From: Blasia pusilla
Lineage: Eukaryota
DNA length: 64,000 nucleotides
Direction: 5' to 3'
Assembly (NCBI GenBank): GCA_050084515.1
Contig: CM114271.1
Span: 48,112,001-48,176,000, forward strand
In this document: in pieces, positions 16,661-30,869 of the stretch
How positions within the stretch are numbered: position 1 is the first letter of the stretch
Layout: every line of letters starts with the position of its first letter
Made by a program: the position numbers and the translations under genes
The notes under the pieces: model-generated
Database searches by the model: none
What the model was told of the DNA's origin: nothing
The model's input: only the letters and a program-made list of their open reading frames with translations

Positions 16661-19414
16661 CAAAGAATGGATTTCGTTCATGGTTTTCAGGCCTATGTTG
16701 GTGGCGAGCTCATCCAAAGCTATGGTGAGTGAAGTGCAATGATGTGTGTTCTTTCAATGAAGTGTGCATTTCCGGTGGGGAGATATGGGGGATGCTATGC
16801 TGGGGAGTAGCGAGGGAGCGCGCCGACATGTTCTGTTTGTCTCAATCGGAGCGAGTCATACTTGTAAGGAGCTACTACTGCCCTCTAATTGTCATGAAAG
16901 AGCTTGCCTCAATTTGCGCCCTAAGTTTCCCACATCGTATGCTCTCGACTTCTGCGCCCATCTTGTGGTCACTCCACCACCAAATTTTCCCCTACGCATT
17001 GCCATGTCATATCCTAACATGGAAATCATACTATATGACTATGGTTTCACACGTGCAATGGCTTGATGACGTGTTAGTCATATAACAGAATGACTCCATG
17101 AGTCATCTCTAAATGACTCTAGTCATGACATGGTACATGACTAAGCTTTTGTGACTCCATGTGTCACCTGTCATGGCCAGTCATTTATGGTTATATATCG
17201 CTAAAATGAGTCATATGAGCCAGTTATTAAAACCATGATTTGTTCTAGTGTGCGTGGTGGAGAAGCGGTCACGTCGTAGATCTCTGTTAAGCTCCAATAA
17301 TTTCTCAGTAGGTCTGTGGATTGTGCAATCGTGGTTTGAGTAAGGACGGCCATCCTCCGAGAGATTAAATGGATACACTTAATCTCTTGGAGTATTTTTA
17401 GAGTTAGTTGAAGTTTCAAACCTTTTTTGTATATTTATAATTTGAAAGTAATAATTTTTTGAAAGTAATAAATATTTTTTTACATGGTGTATTTCATGAT
17501 AATGGTAGATCTTCATGAATTTTAAAAAATATATATATTTTTTGATGTAAGGTGATTAATTATTATCTAATTTATTTATATTTATTGAATGTTATTCAAA
17601 TATATTGATAAGATATTTATCTATTTTACATTTATGAAAATTATATAATAAAATTAAAATATCCTTCCAATATAGGAATAATATTTTAATTTAGCATGTA
17701 TTAAGGCATAAAGGATGTAAATCTGATGGAAGTAAAAAATGGAATAATCGAGTTCTATAACCAAATAATAATTAATGATTATATTTAACATTTAGAACTA
17801 TAATTTTCATTAGATAATCAACAAAGATTTATGATAAGAGTGGGATGGATGGTAAGTAAGAATATAATAAATCATCTTGTTATTTTATTTGGACAATCAT
17901 GATACGAAATTGGTATTGATTTTTGTTACTCAATTAGTATAAAAATTATGGCATTCCTTATGTATCTCTGTGATCATTTTGAATCCATATACATCATTAT
18001 TTATGTTTTGATTTTGATAAAAATACACATCATAATGATGAAGGATGGTCGTCGACTTTCTTTACTCTATTCATGCAATCTTTCACTAGTTTAGTGTTTA
18101 AATCAACACTGTTGGAAATGATACCAAATCAATGCAAAATATGGAGCCTCTTGGTTTTGTGATGTATAGCATAAGAACGTCTCAAGCGAATGATAAACGA
18201 GCTACTCTGACAATCTTTAAATACTGGTTCAAACTCAAGGGGTTCTTGAGATATGAAGCGCTTCTTTGTTTGTGAATATTTTTTTGGTTCTTCCTAACTA
18301 CTTCATCTATGGCCAAGTTTGATTTTCCTCTAATCCCTCAAAATCAGCTGAAGATAACCGTCATGTCCTTTCCAATTCTCCCAAAACGTTAAAACTCTTC
18401 CTAGCCTAACTACTCTAACGGTGCGCCTCTTGGATTCACTGTCGATCTTCTCCTTTTCAGGAAGATATTTCAGTCTTTGCAAAAATTGCATCTGGTCTTT
18501 GTTGCGAAGATCTTCTTTCTTTCTCTTATTTTGTTGCGAAGCACTGACTCTTCCTTTCTCATAGATCCACTCACGCACCTTTTTGAGGTCAATATATTCT
18601 GAACTTTTCCTTACCGTATTTATTTACAAATCTAGGTCAACTGCTTACAAAGATAAGCTGTTTTTTTTATTCCATGAAGATAAGGAAATAAGCATTCAAT
18701 TCACTATAAGTTATCGATGAATCGTTGCTAGTTGCAGCCGTACTTTCCAAATTCGACGAGTCACAGATCGAGAGTAAGTATCTTCGCAAATGAGTGCAAT
18801 CGATTGGATGACAATGGACGCTAAAGTTGTTTTTCACTTCAACCAATTGCAGCTTCATCGCTCATGCACTTCTAGTGGTACTGACTACAGATCATTGCAT
18901 CAGTCGCCATCTTCCCGAAAGCGCTCCAATCTCATTCATGCCGAAGTTGGGATCGAGACAAAGATTTTCCAACGAGATTATTTCACCATCATAGTTTTGG
19001 AGTATTTTCGTACATGCTCACATAAAAATGAGCCTCAGAAGAGTTGGCATCTTCTAGACTTCATTGACCAATAAATACACATCCATTGGTCAGTTCATCG
19101 ATGGAATGTGCACTTGCAGCAGGAGTTGATGTATCTGTCTGGAGGCATTGCCCGATAAGAAGTTCTTGCCATGACCTATGGTCAACGAGCAATACCAAAT
19201 TTCCTAGTCCCCCAACACAAGTCCTTGATCTTCCAATTTGTCCTTTCAATGAAGCTTCTCTTCCATCCATCAAATCTTCCATCACTACAATGCTCAAAAT
19301 CTTTAATAGAGAACTTCTTTATTTCTTTACAATCTTTACAAATCGTCTGTCTTTAGCCTTTAATCACCAAGACTCAGCATAATTCTATACAAAAATGTTC
19401 CGACCAACTTCAAG

Positions 19415-19930
19415 TGTACATGAGGTGCGGTCTTGGATAGGACCGGCTGTGATGTTGGATGCGGCGAGTGTTGGATTGCACACACACCGTCCACAATTGT
19501 GGTGGTTGAACCTTTTACCGTCCCAAGTTATTGAGTTATTGAGGCACGCTTATGATAAAGTCTTGAGACTATCACTACTTACAATGGATGCGATCTTGGA
19601 TCCAAGGACGAGATCTTAGGTTGTTACTCATGATGATTTACCACCGTTGGTAGTGGCCAATCAGGTGGGCTAGCAAAGGGCAATATTGCCTACGTTGGTG
19701 AGTTTTTGGTCGTCTCATGCTTTTTTTTAGGGAGGACGAGGCATGATATGCGATGAACAAGCATGTACATTGTTGGAATCCAACATCGATGAGCAAAAGC
19801 GAGCTCTAGGTTCTCTACAAGTACGAAGGTGATGTCTATGATGGTAGAGGCATCCCGCAGACAGGTATTGGGTCAGGATATGGACCTGAATTGTCTTAAT
19901 TGGGTGTTCAATCTTGGTTTAGATGAGCAA
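19415..19930 (+). pseudogene. C-terminal half of a C5-cytosine DNA methyltransferase domain within Gypsy pol
   Basis: LDAASVGLHTHRPQLWWLN (motif VIII-like), ESNIDEQKRALG (motif IX-like) and RRQVLGQDMDLNCLNW (motif X-like), located upstream of RT. Confidence 0.6.
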
Positions 19931-22900
19931 AGACGGATGCAAGAGGCCTGTGTGACATTACATCCACTTTGGAGCGCAGCAGCTCCCGGAACGGATGAGA
20001 CACTGGCTGGGGGCGCGATGGTGATGGAGAGGCATTCATGGACTTCATGGGACATGTCATGAGAGCATAGAGATATGGGAGTTCATTTCATTGATGCAAG
20101 ACATAGTGGAGTGCCTAGAGAATTGGTGTTAGAGTTTTGAGAGCATGTTGTTGCTCTAGAGGTTGCTAGCTAGCAACCACCACCCTCCTCTTCTCCAAAG
20201 GTCATGATAGAGACTTGGGAGCCGGTGATTGGTCCTAGGTTGACAAGAGCGGAGAGGATACGAGTGTTGCATTTCTTCTGGAGATTCAAGGACTGTTTTG
20301 GATAAAGTATGCACGATTAGGGTCCGCTGAAGGGTGTAGGTATTCGGATTGAGTTGAATAGTGATACTCCTATCTTCCGACAACCTTACAAGTATTACGA
20401 CATGGAGCAAGCCTTGATTCAGGGTAGAAGTCGAGACTTGGCTAAAGCTCGACTGGTGGAGAGATTTTCTTGAAGAGTATGCATTTGCCACAATTATGTT
20501 AGCAAAGAAGGACATGCATGGCCAGTGGACCGATAGGCGAATGTATGGGATTACCTTCCTATCAATCAGCATACGAAGGCTGATCACTATGCCTACTCTC
20601 GAGAAGATCTTTGATTCAGTGGGGCATGCAAGGATCTTCCGTTGTTTGGATCTCCATGCTACCTATCATCAGTTATCCATCTAGGTGGAGGACAAGGAGA
20701 AGAAAAAATAGATCCTTTCGAGAAGGATTTTTTGTACTAGTGACGGTTCTTACCATTTGGGTTGAAGAACGCCCTTGCGGGTTTTTAACGAGTTATGGAT
20801 AGGATTTTGGCTAGTTTGAATTTTGGGAGATGTTACACCAATGACATTATAGTCTTCGGTGCCACGGTTGAGGAGCATGAGAGACATCTGGAGGAGATAT
20901 TTAGAAAATTGCAATTACGTGGGCAGAAGTTACATCCAAGCAAGTGCAGGTTTTTCCATGACCACATCGAGTACCTTTGACACACCATTTATCCAGTGGG
21001 TTTTGGAGTTTAGCAGACAAAGGTGGAGGCCATAGCGCGCATTCCTCACCCTATACATGTGAGTCGAGTTTGAGCTTTCATCGGATTGACTCCTACCGAC
21101 GATACGTGAAGGGCTTTCGTGCAATTACAAAAGCACTGACTTTGCTGAGTAGGTTGGACCAAGATTTTTTTTGAGGAGATGATCAAGAGCGAGTATTTCA
21201 AGAGCTCAAGATAGGTTAACGTCCTCGCCCATTTTGAGGAGACCCATGCATGGTCATCCATTCCATTTACATACGGATAGGAGTATATCGGGGTTAGGCG
21301 GTGCTCACTGAGAGAGATGATGAGGGGAAGGAGTTCATAGTGGCATATGTGAGCCGCTCAAACAACGCTGGAAAGGAAAAGTACAATTCCTATGAGAGGG
21401 AGTGCTTAGCTGCAATGTGGGTAGTGGCCCATTTTAGATGTTATTTGTTTGGGAACCCTTTTACTGTCATCAGTAATCATCAACCATTTAGATGGTTGAT
21501 GGAGTGTGAAAAGCTTATAGGGAAGCTTGCCAAATTTTCACTCTAGTTGCAAGAGTAGGATTTTCATGTTTTCCATCGCCCACGACATGTGAACCATGAT
21601 GCAGACGGGTTGAGCCGTAACCCATGCACGAGTCGGAGCGATGTGACTAGAGTGGGGTGACATGGTGAGAGTGGTGTTGAGTTGGCACGCATTTGCCTAT
21701 TTGTGTCTGTTGGCTATGTTAGGTCAGGTGGAGGCATCCATTTAAGGAGGGAGGTTGGATGGTGAGTCCTCAGATCCAGATGCTAGTGAGGAGTTGACAA
21801 GGACTTGAGACATATACTATGATGAGATGGTCTTGGAGTACCTGTGCACTAGTGTCTTAGCGAGCATTGTGGGTGTTAGAGAGCGAGTCCTACAACAAGC
21901 CATGACGTTCAGGAGGGAGGGGACTCATGTGCTTTGAGTTTGGGAGGATGGACGAGTGTCGCATCCTTTAGAGCAAGCACGAGTTGTAAGACATGCTCAC
22001 GAGGAGTTAGGGCATTTTGGAGTCACGCGTATGTATAGCTTGATTCACATTCAGTATTGGTTGCATGGTATGTAGAGTGATGTTTAATAGTTTATAGCCA
22101 TAGGTATTGTATGTGATAGGGTGCGGGCATCGTTCAATGCTCTGACACCACACTTGCATCATTTACCAATTATGGGATGAGGATATTGATGGAATTTGGA
22201 CTTTGTAGAGCGTTTACCAGTAACAAAAAGCCATAGTCGGTACATGCTGGTCATGGTGGAGTACTTTTCAAAGTGGATTGAGCTGGTAGCGTTGTCGGAT
22301 AGGTTGAGTAAGGGAGCATCTTAGGCATTTCTTGATAGAGTACTTAGTCATTTTGGCGTACCAGCAAAGATGTTGACAGACCAGGGTATCGAATTTAGGG
22401 ATGACTTTGAGACCTTGTGTGATCAGGTGCTGATAGATCATTGTATGACTTCTCGAGATCATCCAGAGGCAAATGGTTTGGCAGTGAGAGTTTTGTAGAT
22501 TATGAATGGAGGATTGCCCAAGTATGGACTGCACAGAGGAAACTTGGGAGATTGGGACCTACCGTTGCCCTGGTTGGCAATGGGTTACCACTTGAGTCGA
22601 TAGGCATCCTTGGCATCATTTTCACCGTATTTCTTGCTCTATGGGAGAGAGCCAGAGTTACCGTCATCTATTTGATGAGTTGTGGTTGAGGTACTTGACC
22701 TCGACTATCCAAACGTATGGGTGCGAGCGTGTTCTCACCAAGTTGAGCTCTTTCAGAGAGTCATGCCTATGGTTTTTGAGAACTTGACTATCACTTAGCC
22801 TCACGATACTCTAAGATACGCGACTAAATGTGGAGGAGGCTATCGACCACGGATTTGGAAATTCCATCGTGGTGATTATGTCTACATATAGTAGACAACG

Positions 22901-23089
22901 TCAACGACATTGGAAGTGACGAAGAGATGCACAATTTTGCGAGTGGGAGATATTTTACCTTTAGGAGTCCTTGTTTTAGAGGGTTGTGATGGTACCGTTT
23001 GGAAAGATCATGTGCGTAACTGTGCGCCACATCATCTTTCAAACATGGATGGGAGTATTGATCCAAGCTTGGCAATTATTCCTGCAGGC

Positions 23090-23230
23090 TGGAGATGCAT
23101 GTTGCGTGGGTCCGCCAGAGGACCAACCACGATACTACTCGAGGGTGATGGGTGTTTTCAAGGATGTCATATTTCGTGTTTGACGCCGCCTCTTGACTTT
23201 GTTCCTCTCGGACGTTGGCTTTATCCCATA
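23090..23230 (+). pseudogene. Degenerate PHD finger at the integrase C-terminus
   Basis: CMLRG...LLEGDGCFQGCHISCLTPPLDFVPLGRWLYP has the PHD-like HxxCLxPPL...P.G.W pattern. Confidence 0.75.
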
Positions 23231-25324
23231 CGTACATAGGTGTGATATGTAGATTACAAGATGACTCTTGATGTTATGAATTGTAGGAAAGTGACTAACA
23301 ATGGGGCGACATAGCACCCAACCTCATGATCTTAGCTCCAAAAGATACATAGCATTTAGACTTATATTGTAGGCTATCTAGAGTTAGAGAGACCTAACCA
23401 CCAGCTAGGGGGGCGATTGGGATTGTCCAGTCATTCATGTGTAGAGATGTGATGATTCAGAGGTAGATGGATCTTAGACATATGTGTGCATGACAACCGA
23501 TGTATGTTGGCAGCAATGTGTATTCGTTTGAAAACTGTCATGGTAGATGAGGTATAGGGCGAGATAGTATCAAGGCCTTAGAGGGATCTCGTACTTTCCT
23601 ATTTTGAGAGGTCATATGTGACTTGCTCTTAGGATCTGACCTACAAGTGTAGGTAATCCTTCCCTTTATGAGGAGTGGAAACCTTGGAAAGGTTGACCCT
23701 CCCACGCATGTATGGCTCCACTTGGACCTATAGGGTCGTAGGTTATTTGGTAGTTGATCTCATGAGGGGACCACATGTGTAGTTGTTAGGGAGTTAGTAT
23801 TTATGTACTATAGGTCATTAGTTACCTGCTTGGAGGGAGGTGACTTGTGTGTACAGGTCACCAATGAGGTGCCCAAGGGGAGTATACCTTGGAGGAAGCT
23901 CATTTGGAGATTAACTGTCGATGTGTGTTGGCAACAATGTATATTCACACAACACTAGCTCTCTCTACTTGAATATATCCCCTTCCCTCTCCCAAGCTCT
24001 CTCCACGGTAATATATGCTTGCAGGTTACCTCCTTGGCTCTTGACTTGCTGTAAGAGGTCAAGGACCACTTCTAAAAGTAGAAAGTAAATATACAAAAAA
24101 TAGGAATTTACCCGAAATAGTAAGTTCCTCTATATGGCTCCAAATGAGCCAAAACGATGGGGAAACATGCTCTCTCAAATTACCCGTGGCCTCCACAAGT
24201 CATCTTTGACCTGTTGAGATTGTCTTCCACTATCCTTGAAAACGCTCTACTAGATCTCATTGATCTATCCCATAAGACCTGATAAGACACAATTGGGTCT
24301 TGTTAACTTTGGCTATGTATGTGAGACTTTGCCCAAGTATGCGACGCAGCTAAATCGCAAGATATGGTTAGGGTGGCAAAGACTGAGTTCAAGCCGTGAC
24401 GGCCAGGCGGCTGCTAGGGTAGAACAATCGAAAGTACGCTCGAGATGGAAAAATCAACTTTAGTCATGGTAAGCAAGGAATGGCTAGTCTAAAAAAAATG
24501 TAGTTGTGGCAATAGTTGTGTTAACGTCAAGTAGAAGCAATCGGCAATGGCCATTATGGACGGTGTCAAGCCATGGTCCAAGCTGGTCGACTCTCATGAG
24601 GGATAGAATATTGTGATCTCCTCCACATCCCCCCCACCCCTCCCTTTCTTTTTGTTTTACTATATCGATCCTTGCAAATCCCGATCATTGCTAATTTTTG
24701 TCTCTTACTTTATTAACCCCCCTCACATAGGCATGTCGAGTCCTTTATCTCTAACTAGGAACTTCCCATACAAATGGGGTCAACTCCCTAAATATATATT
24801 ATCACGTGCCTTCACCCTTAAATCAATTTTTTCCTTGTCCTATCCACTAAAATATGAAAAGGGCTTTTAAAATTTTTTCAATCCCTCACATAAGAAGTTA
24901 CTACAGAAATTCTAAATTTCACTCACAGGATGGTACGATGGCTATGATAGCTTGCGATGTTGGCCACAACTTTGTGCTTAGATGTCAAAATTTCACACCA
25001 TTTCTTTAACATTGTTCTTGCCTTCTCGATCTACAACGTCATCAAATGAGCTCTTTCAACCAATCTTCCATCTAAAATTGAGAATGATTGTCATGGAGCC
25101 CGCAATCTCAACTCCTACGAAACATTCTAGAGCACTCCCATATTGACTTTTCCCACAAAAAATGAAATCCTATGCAAATGAAATATAGCGAGCTAAACGC
25201 AAGCCCCAGCATTGAGAACATAATCCCTGTACTCAATTTCTATCCAAAATTGGGCAATGCTTTCGCATATCTCTCTCTTTTGTACCAAAAATTGAATAAC
25301 AAACAAGCGGCTCTTACTTCCGTG

Positions 25325-25713
<389 letters not shown>

Positions 25714-28055
25714 GCAAAACCAATGGTTTTGCAGCCTTGATCTCTTGAGGATGTCCGCCAATCTCCTCGAAGGTACTTTACCTAAAATCATCGATCTATC
25801 CTAAAAGACGAGACATTGGGGAAGAGTAGCCGCATATCCTACCTTCTACTATATAAACCAACCTCTCGTCAAAGAGTTGATCTTATTATGTCTCAAGTTG
25901 GATTTCATATTTTGGATGATGTGGTGGTTGCTAATCGAATAAGTTGTGACCGGGTGTGTCGAGATGTATGTACTACAGGTTTTGTGGCCTAAGTAGCAAG
26001 AATCAAGGAGTTCAGTTATGTCACGAGAGATGCAACCGATGGATATATATTTTCTTGAGTGGGAGTATTTGGGCACTTAGTGTCTTTTGATACTTTCTTG
26101 AAAACATGTGCTTACCATTCCCTTGAGAATCATCACCTTGCGCCTTCTTGTAGTCCTTCTCTCTCCTTGGTCACGACTTATTTACGACTACGCATCCCAA
26201 TGACTTTACAACATACATCACAAAAGTTAGAGGATGCTAAATTTGATATGCTTTTAACATGAAATTTGGTAGCGCTAACTTTCATATTGATTTGACATCA
26301 ATTAAATATTTTTTTGATATTGATTTTTTATATCAATAAATTTTCAATGCCAATCATATGCACAAATTTTTTAATAGAAAAAGTTTCAATACAAAAATGA
26401 CATCATAAATACATCAAATACGTATCATATTCTAATTGAGATCAAAGTGACGCAACTCCAAGTTTTGTGCTGTACATTGTCAAGTTCTAGCATTAATTTG
26501 TCAAACTGAATTGGTTGGGTGCCACTCGCCTCCTCATCCATTCAAAATTTTCCAACCACTAGTGTTCAATGTACTAGTCATATGGCTAACTACTAATGGT
26601 TTTTGTGTTGGTTGGTTCCATACTGATTTCCCTCTTTTCAAATTTTTTTTGTTAACGAATACATGGATTTGGATTTAAAAACATGTGTCACTCTCACGTT
26701 TTATAATATCAAAAGTTTCATATGATATGCAAGTCAAACAATCTGGTTATGATTTATTGACTTGTGTCATGATCTATTTTAGCTCGTCCTAGCCTTCATC
26801 GATTGCCCCTCTGTTCCGTCCCTACCCATTCCCCTATTAGGAGACGTCCCCATGGCACAAGTTTTGGGTCGTGGGGTCCCAGATCTTGGGGATAGCTGAC
26901 TGAAATTTCACGTAGCAAAGACCGGTCCCTAGTCCGTCCATGCCACAAAAATCATGACGCGGAAATTCCAAGGACGATCCTTGGAATGCTATAGCCTTTG
27001 TGAGTTCTTCACGGGCATCCCCGGTTTCGTGATCGAAACAGGTAGACCCGCTAAAATGGCCCATAATTGTTTTCGGAGCCACGGCTACATGGAAATGTCA
27101 AATGTCCTTCGGACTAGGTTCGGAGGAAGTTTTCGTGGGGAAGAAAATTTTGGTCTTAAGGAGTTACTCTCTTAGGGCTAATCCCATGTGGTTCAGGTAG
27201 CGGCCACTCATTTTCTGCGTCCAAAACGATTATCCAATGATTTATGTGGAAGAAAAATTTGGTCATCTATATTATTATGGGAGAGTGCCTTCTTGATTTG
27301 CAAACACCTCTACTCTTACATATAGCAATTGGGCAACAAGAAAATGTTTCACATACTATGGGCTGCAAGAAAAAAAATGAATCTCTAGGAAATATCATTA
27401 ATCTCTTTCATACAGGGGCTATACACTAGCTTTCCAATCACTTTTTTATTTACCGTGCATTGTGCGGGCACTTTATCTATGCTGTTGTGAGAGAGTGTCT
27501 TTTTAATTTACAAACACTTATATATATATTTTTACCAATATAAGAAAAAAAATTTGAATTTATGTATAATCATTGATCTCTTCCTTTTACAAAGGCACGG
27601 GCACCTTACTAGTAACTTTATGGCACCTTAACTCTACGGTCTCCATTAAATCCGACCCTTAAGGAAGGAATACCCTTATCCTGATGAGCAGGATCATCAT
27701 GGTTTGATCGTTGTGATTCTATGTCTATGGTCGGATTTCTATATTGCTCGTGTCTGCACACTGTCGTTACGAGGACAATTCGCATTCGCAACATCGCTCG
27801 GGAGAAGAATTCGATATGTCCAGCAACGCGTTGGTTGTGGTGTGTTTCAGGAAGTGTTTCAGATGACAGTTCCACGAAGAGGCTGTGAATTTGGAACTCC
27901 CGTTTTGTGCTGTCGTGGTAGCATTCGGAACTTCGAGTCGTGGCGTTGGCCTTCGTCCTGTTCTAAGGTTTCAGGAAATGTTAGTTCCATGAAGAGCTTG
28001 TGAATTTGGAAATACGCATTCCCTGCCACCGTGGTTGCATTCGAGACTTCGAGTA

Positions 28056-29604
28056 ATGGCGTTTGTCAATTTATCGGGCCCGCCGGGCGTATTTTCTTCA
28101 CGATTTAGTGTCGTGGCGGTAGAGCCGAGGTTTACCACCGAATTTCTGGGGAAACACAGCACGCACCTGAAGATATGTCGAGGTGGAAGGACAGAAGCTT
28201 TTTCTGGTGCCGAATACGTCGTCTGCAATGCGGTTTTGGCAACCCTTCCTTTCTCTTCCCCGTCGGCAGAAGAATTGCAAGAAACCTATGGTTGTCAAGG
28301 AGTGCGATTCGTGGAAGTAGCCGGGATGACTGCGACAGAGCTGAGGCTCAGAAATGGAAGCAGTACGCGCATGTTGCTGCCCAGGGCCCAAATTACTTCT
28401 TACAGGCCACACATGTGGCACGGGGGCGAAGAAGAGTTGCTGCACACTGTGCGCCCTGCGAGCAGGGTTGTAGGTACGGAAGCTGTTAGCGGTGGCATTG
28501 AACTCAAGTTCGCTCACACGAGAGATCCCTTGAGCTCTATACTACCCTCTTACTCTCAATGCTGGAGGGTAGAAAGTGTTACCGTTGAACCTTCAAACTA
28601 TGCACAGGTTGGAGCGCACACCCAGACTTTGAAGCTGTCGCTCATTGTTGGATACTTTAAAGAGCTGAAGACTATCACCCACCCGGAGCTTGAGTTTCTG
28701 GCAATGTAAGTAACTCCCTTTGTGACATGTTCTTCATTCTTGCAGATGACTCTCACGAACTTCTCGACACCTGATCTCGGAATCGGAGAGCGATCTACCG
28801 GTTCTCTTAAATTTCGATACGTGGTTACTCTCTCAGAGGACTCCTTGTCCACTGCTCTTGTAATCTCCAACATTGGCTCGATGCCTGTGGACTTCACAGG
28901 TTCAATGGTGAATCACCTTGCAGTAAGCTCCGAAAAAGCTGTTTTTGCGGTCGGGCTGAAAGGTTACAATTACCGCTCACTTTTGAAGACAAAAGCGAAG
29001 CCGTCCATCACTAACTTCTTCCCGCAAATCTGGGGCTCAAAGAAACCCGCTGAGAGCGAGAGTGCTAAAGTTATTCTTCAAGCACCTTCTGTTGCCAATG
29101 GAGACTCGGACACTCGAGATGCCATACATGATTTGGAGGGTGGTCAGTGGACAGTGGAAGCTGAAGCCTACTCTCAACTTCATGGGGACATGGTCAGATT
29201 ATACCCGACACCACCCGATTATTTTTCTGTTATGGACAGGGTATGTGTAAGCTATGAACTCAATCTCTTGAAATGTCATGGAAGGAGTTTGTACTTGCCC
29301 TCCACTCGGTAATAGTTGGACGTCTTGTGTCATCACGGATAATTGTTGATGGCGAGGACTAAACGGTTGTTTTCTTTTTGTTATCGTGGTTGTGCAGGGC
29401 TTCAGACGCTCGGTAGTTCTGAAACGATTTGGGTTCGAAGAGTTTTTCCTCTCAAATCCTGGACAAGATTCTAAGCTAACAGATTGTAGGACCTTCATGT
29501 GTGTGGGGCCGGCCCAGCAAAGCAATCCTGTGAGATTAGAAGAAAACCAAGAATGGCAGGCTGCTCAAACTCTTCTCAATCCAAGTAGTGCCGACGAGAC
29601 GTGA
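28056..29604 (+). CDS. NDF5: Chloroplast NDH-related NDF5/PnsB2-family protein (aldose-epimerase-like fold), 3 exons
   Basis: Exons 28056-28607, 28746-29240 and 29398-29604 with phase-0 GT-AG introns. Motifs ELRLRNGSS...ITSYRPHMWHGGEEELLHT, GSMVNHLAVSS and DR|GFRRSV...FLSNPG...FMCVGPA. Transit-peptide-like N-terminus. The WHGG motif favours NDF5 over PnsB2. Confidence 0.85.
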
Positions 29605-30869
29605 TAAGAGCACTCCTTGAGTGAGTCGCTATTTCTTTCCCTGGATCATATGAATATTTGTCCTTTTAATGAATCGCTCAATTTGAGCCTAAGGACGCAA
29701 ACATGAATAGAGGTGAGAAGAAACATGATGATCAGACAAGAGACCATAAAGAACCCACAAATATGGGAGAAAATATGTGTTATGTACGCTTACAATTGTG
29801 AGATTAGTATCATCACATACATTCTTGCTTGTGTTTAAGGAGACTTTCGCTAGTGCGATGTGATGCACATATGAATACCCACTTTAAATGGATAATTTAA
29901 TTCAAATGATACTAATGTCTAAGCATGGAGCAATTTGATTGACTGAAAAGGGCATATTTTTAAAAGAAAGATGATGTTAAAACAAAGAGGCACTTTCCAA
30001 TAATAATAAAAATTTGTATATGATTAGCGAGATATCTTACAACACACATTGTAGCCGGTTCATGTTTGGGATTGATCAAAAGATTATGAGGCTATGACCC
30101 TTGCTTCTACTTTTGTTTGACAAGACCTAATTGGACAAGTTCAAGAAGCCCACAATCTGGCACTCAAATTTCCTCGGTGACCAAAGGAGAAAATCTCAAG
30201 AGGAAATATTACTACCAAATCTCGAATAGGATACACTAGTTAGCATGCTTAAATGCCAAAATGATTTTTTAAAATTTAGAAATACTTTTATTTCAAAATT
30301 TCAATATAATTTTGATTTAAAGTCTACAGTAATAACATTTCACTTCTTAAATAATTTTATTTTCCAACTAAAATTGGAATAATACCTAATTCCCCTTAAT
30401 GATTTCATCTTTCCATAAAAATTTAAACAATACCTACTCTTCCCATTAAACTAATATGGGCCCCATGATGTGAAGGTAGTGGAATGTTTTTGAAATTATT
30501 AGTATTAATACCTGTAAATAAATGGATGCAAAATGTTGTTTAATTTCAATGAGTGTTATTTACTGAATTTCCATTTGTAAACATGTTACAATTGCAGTCT
30601 AGATAGGCTCGTGTATGAGGCAACTAGTGTTGTAGATTCATTGTTGAGGTCTGTAAAGCATATTTTCATGTGGTGTATTGCATTTTGCTTTCTATGAACT
30701 TTGGTGATAATTACATTGCACTAGAACAAACTATATACCTCCAAAAACAATGTGCGAAACTAAAATATTGTCACATGTGGGCGATAAAAGGATATGTATT
30801 CAAGTGTAGAGATATAGTATTTAATGGTAAGGAGGATAATTAAAATCAGCTTGTTAGTGGAGTGAAGAG

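Larger units (their letters stand above)
19415..23240 (+). mobile_element. Decayed Ty3/Gypsy internal region: C5-MTase remnant, RT, RNase H, integrase, PHD
   Basis: RT: LDLHATYHQL, LPFGLKNA, YTNDIIVF. RNase H: VAYVSRSNN...YNSYERECLA. Integrase: HEELGHFG, LTDQGIEF, HPEANGL. Many stops. Confidence 0.9.

Noticed and set aside
17400-19380. AT-rich block with short minus-strand ORFs, possibly a viral or TE gene relic
   Set aside because: Too degenerate. No motif I can defend.
23400-24060. 3' LTR of the DNMT/PHD Gypsy element
   Set aside because: A G-rich PPT-like run is present at ~23407, but there is no partner LTR or clear end to set boundaries.
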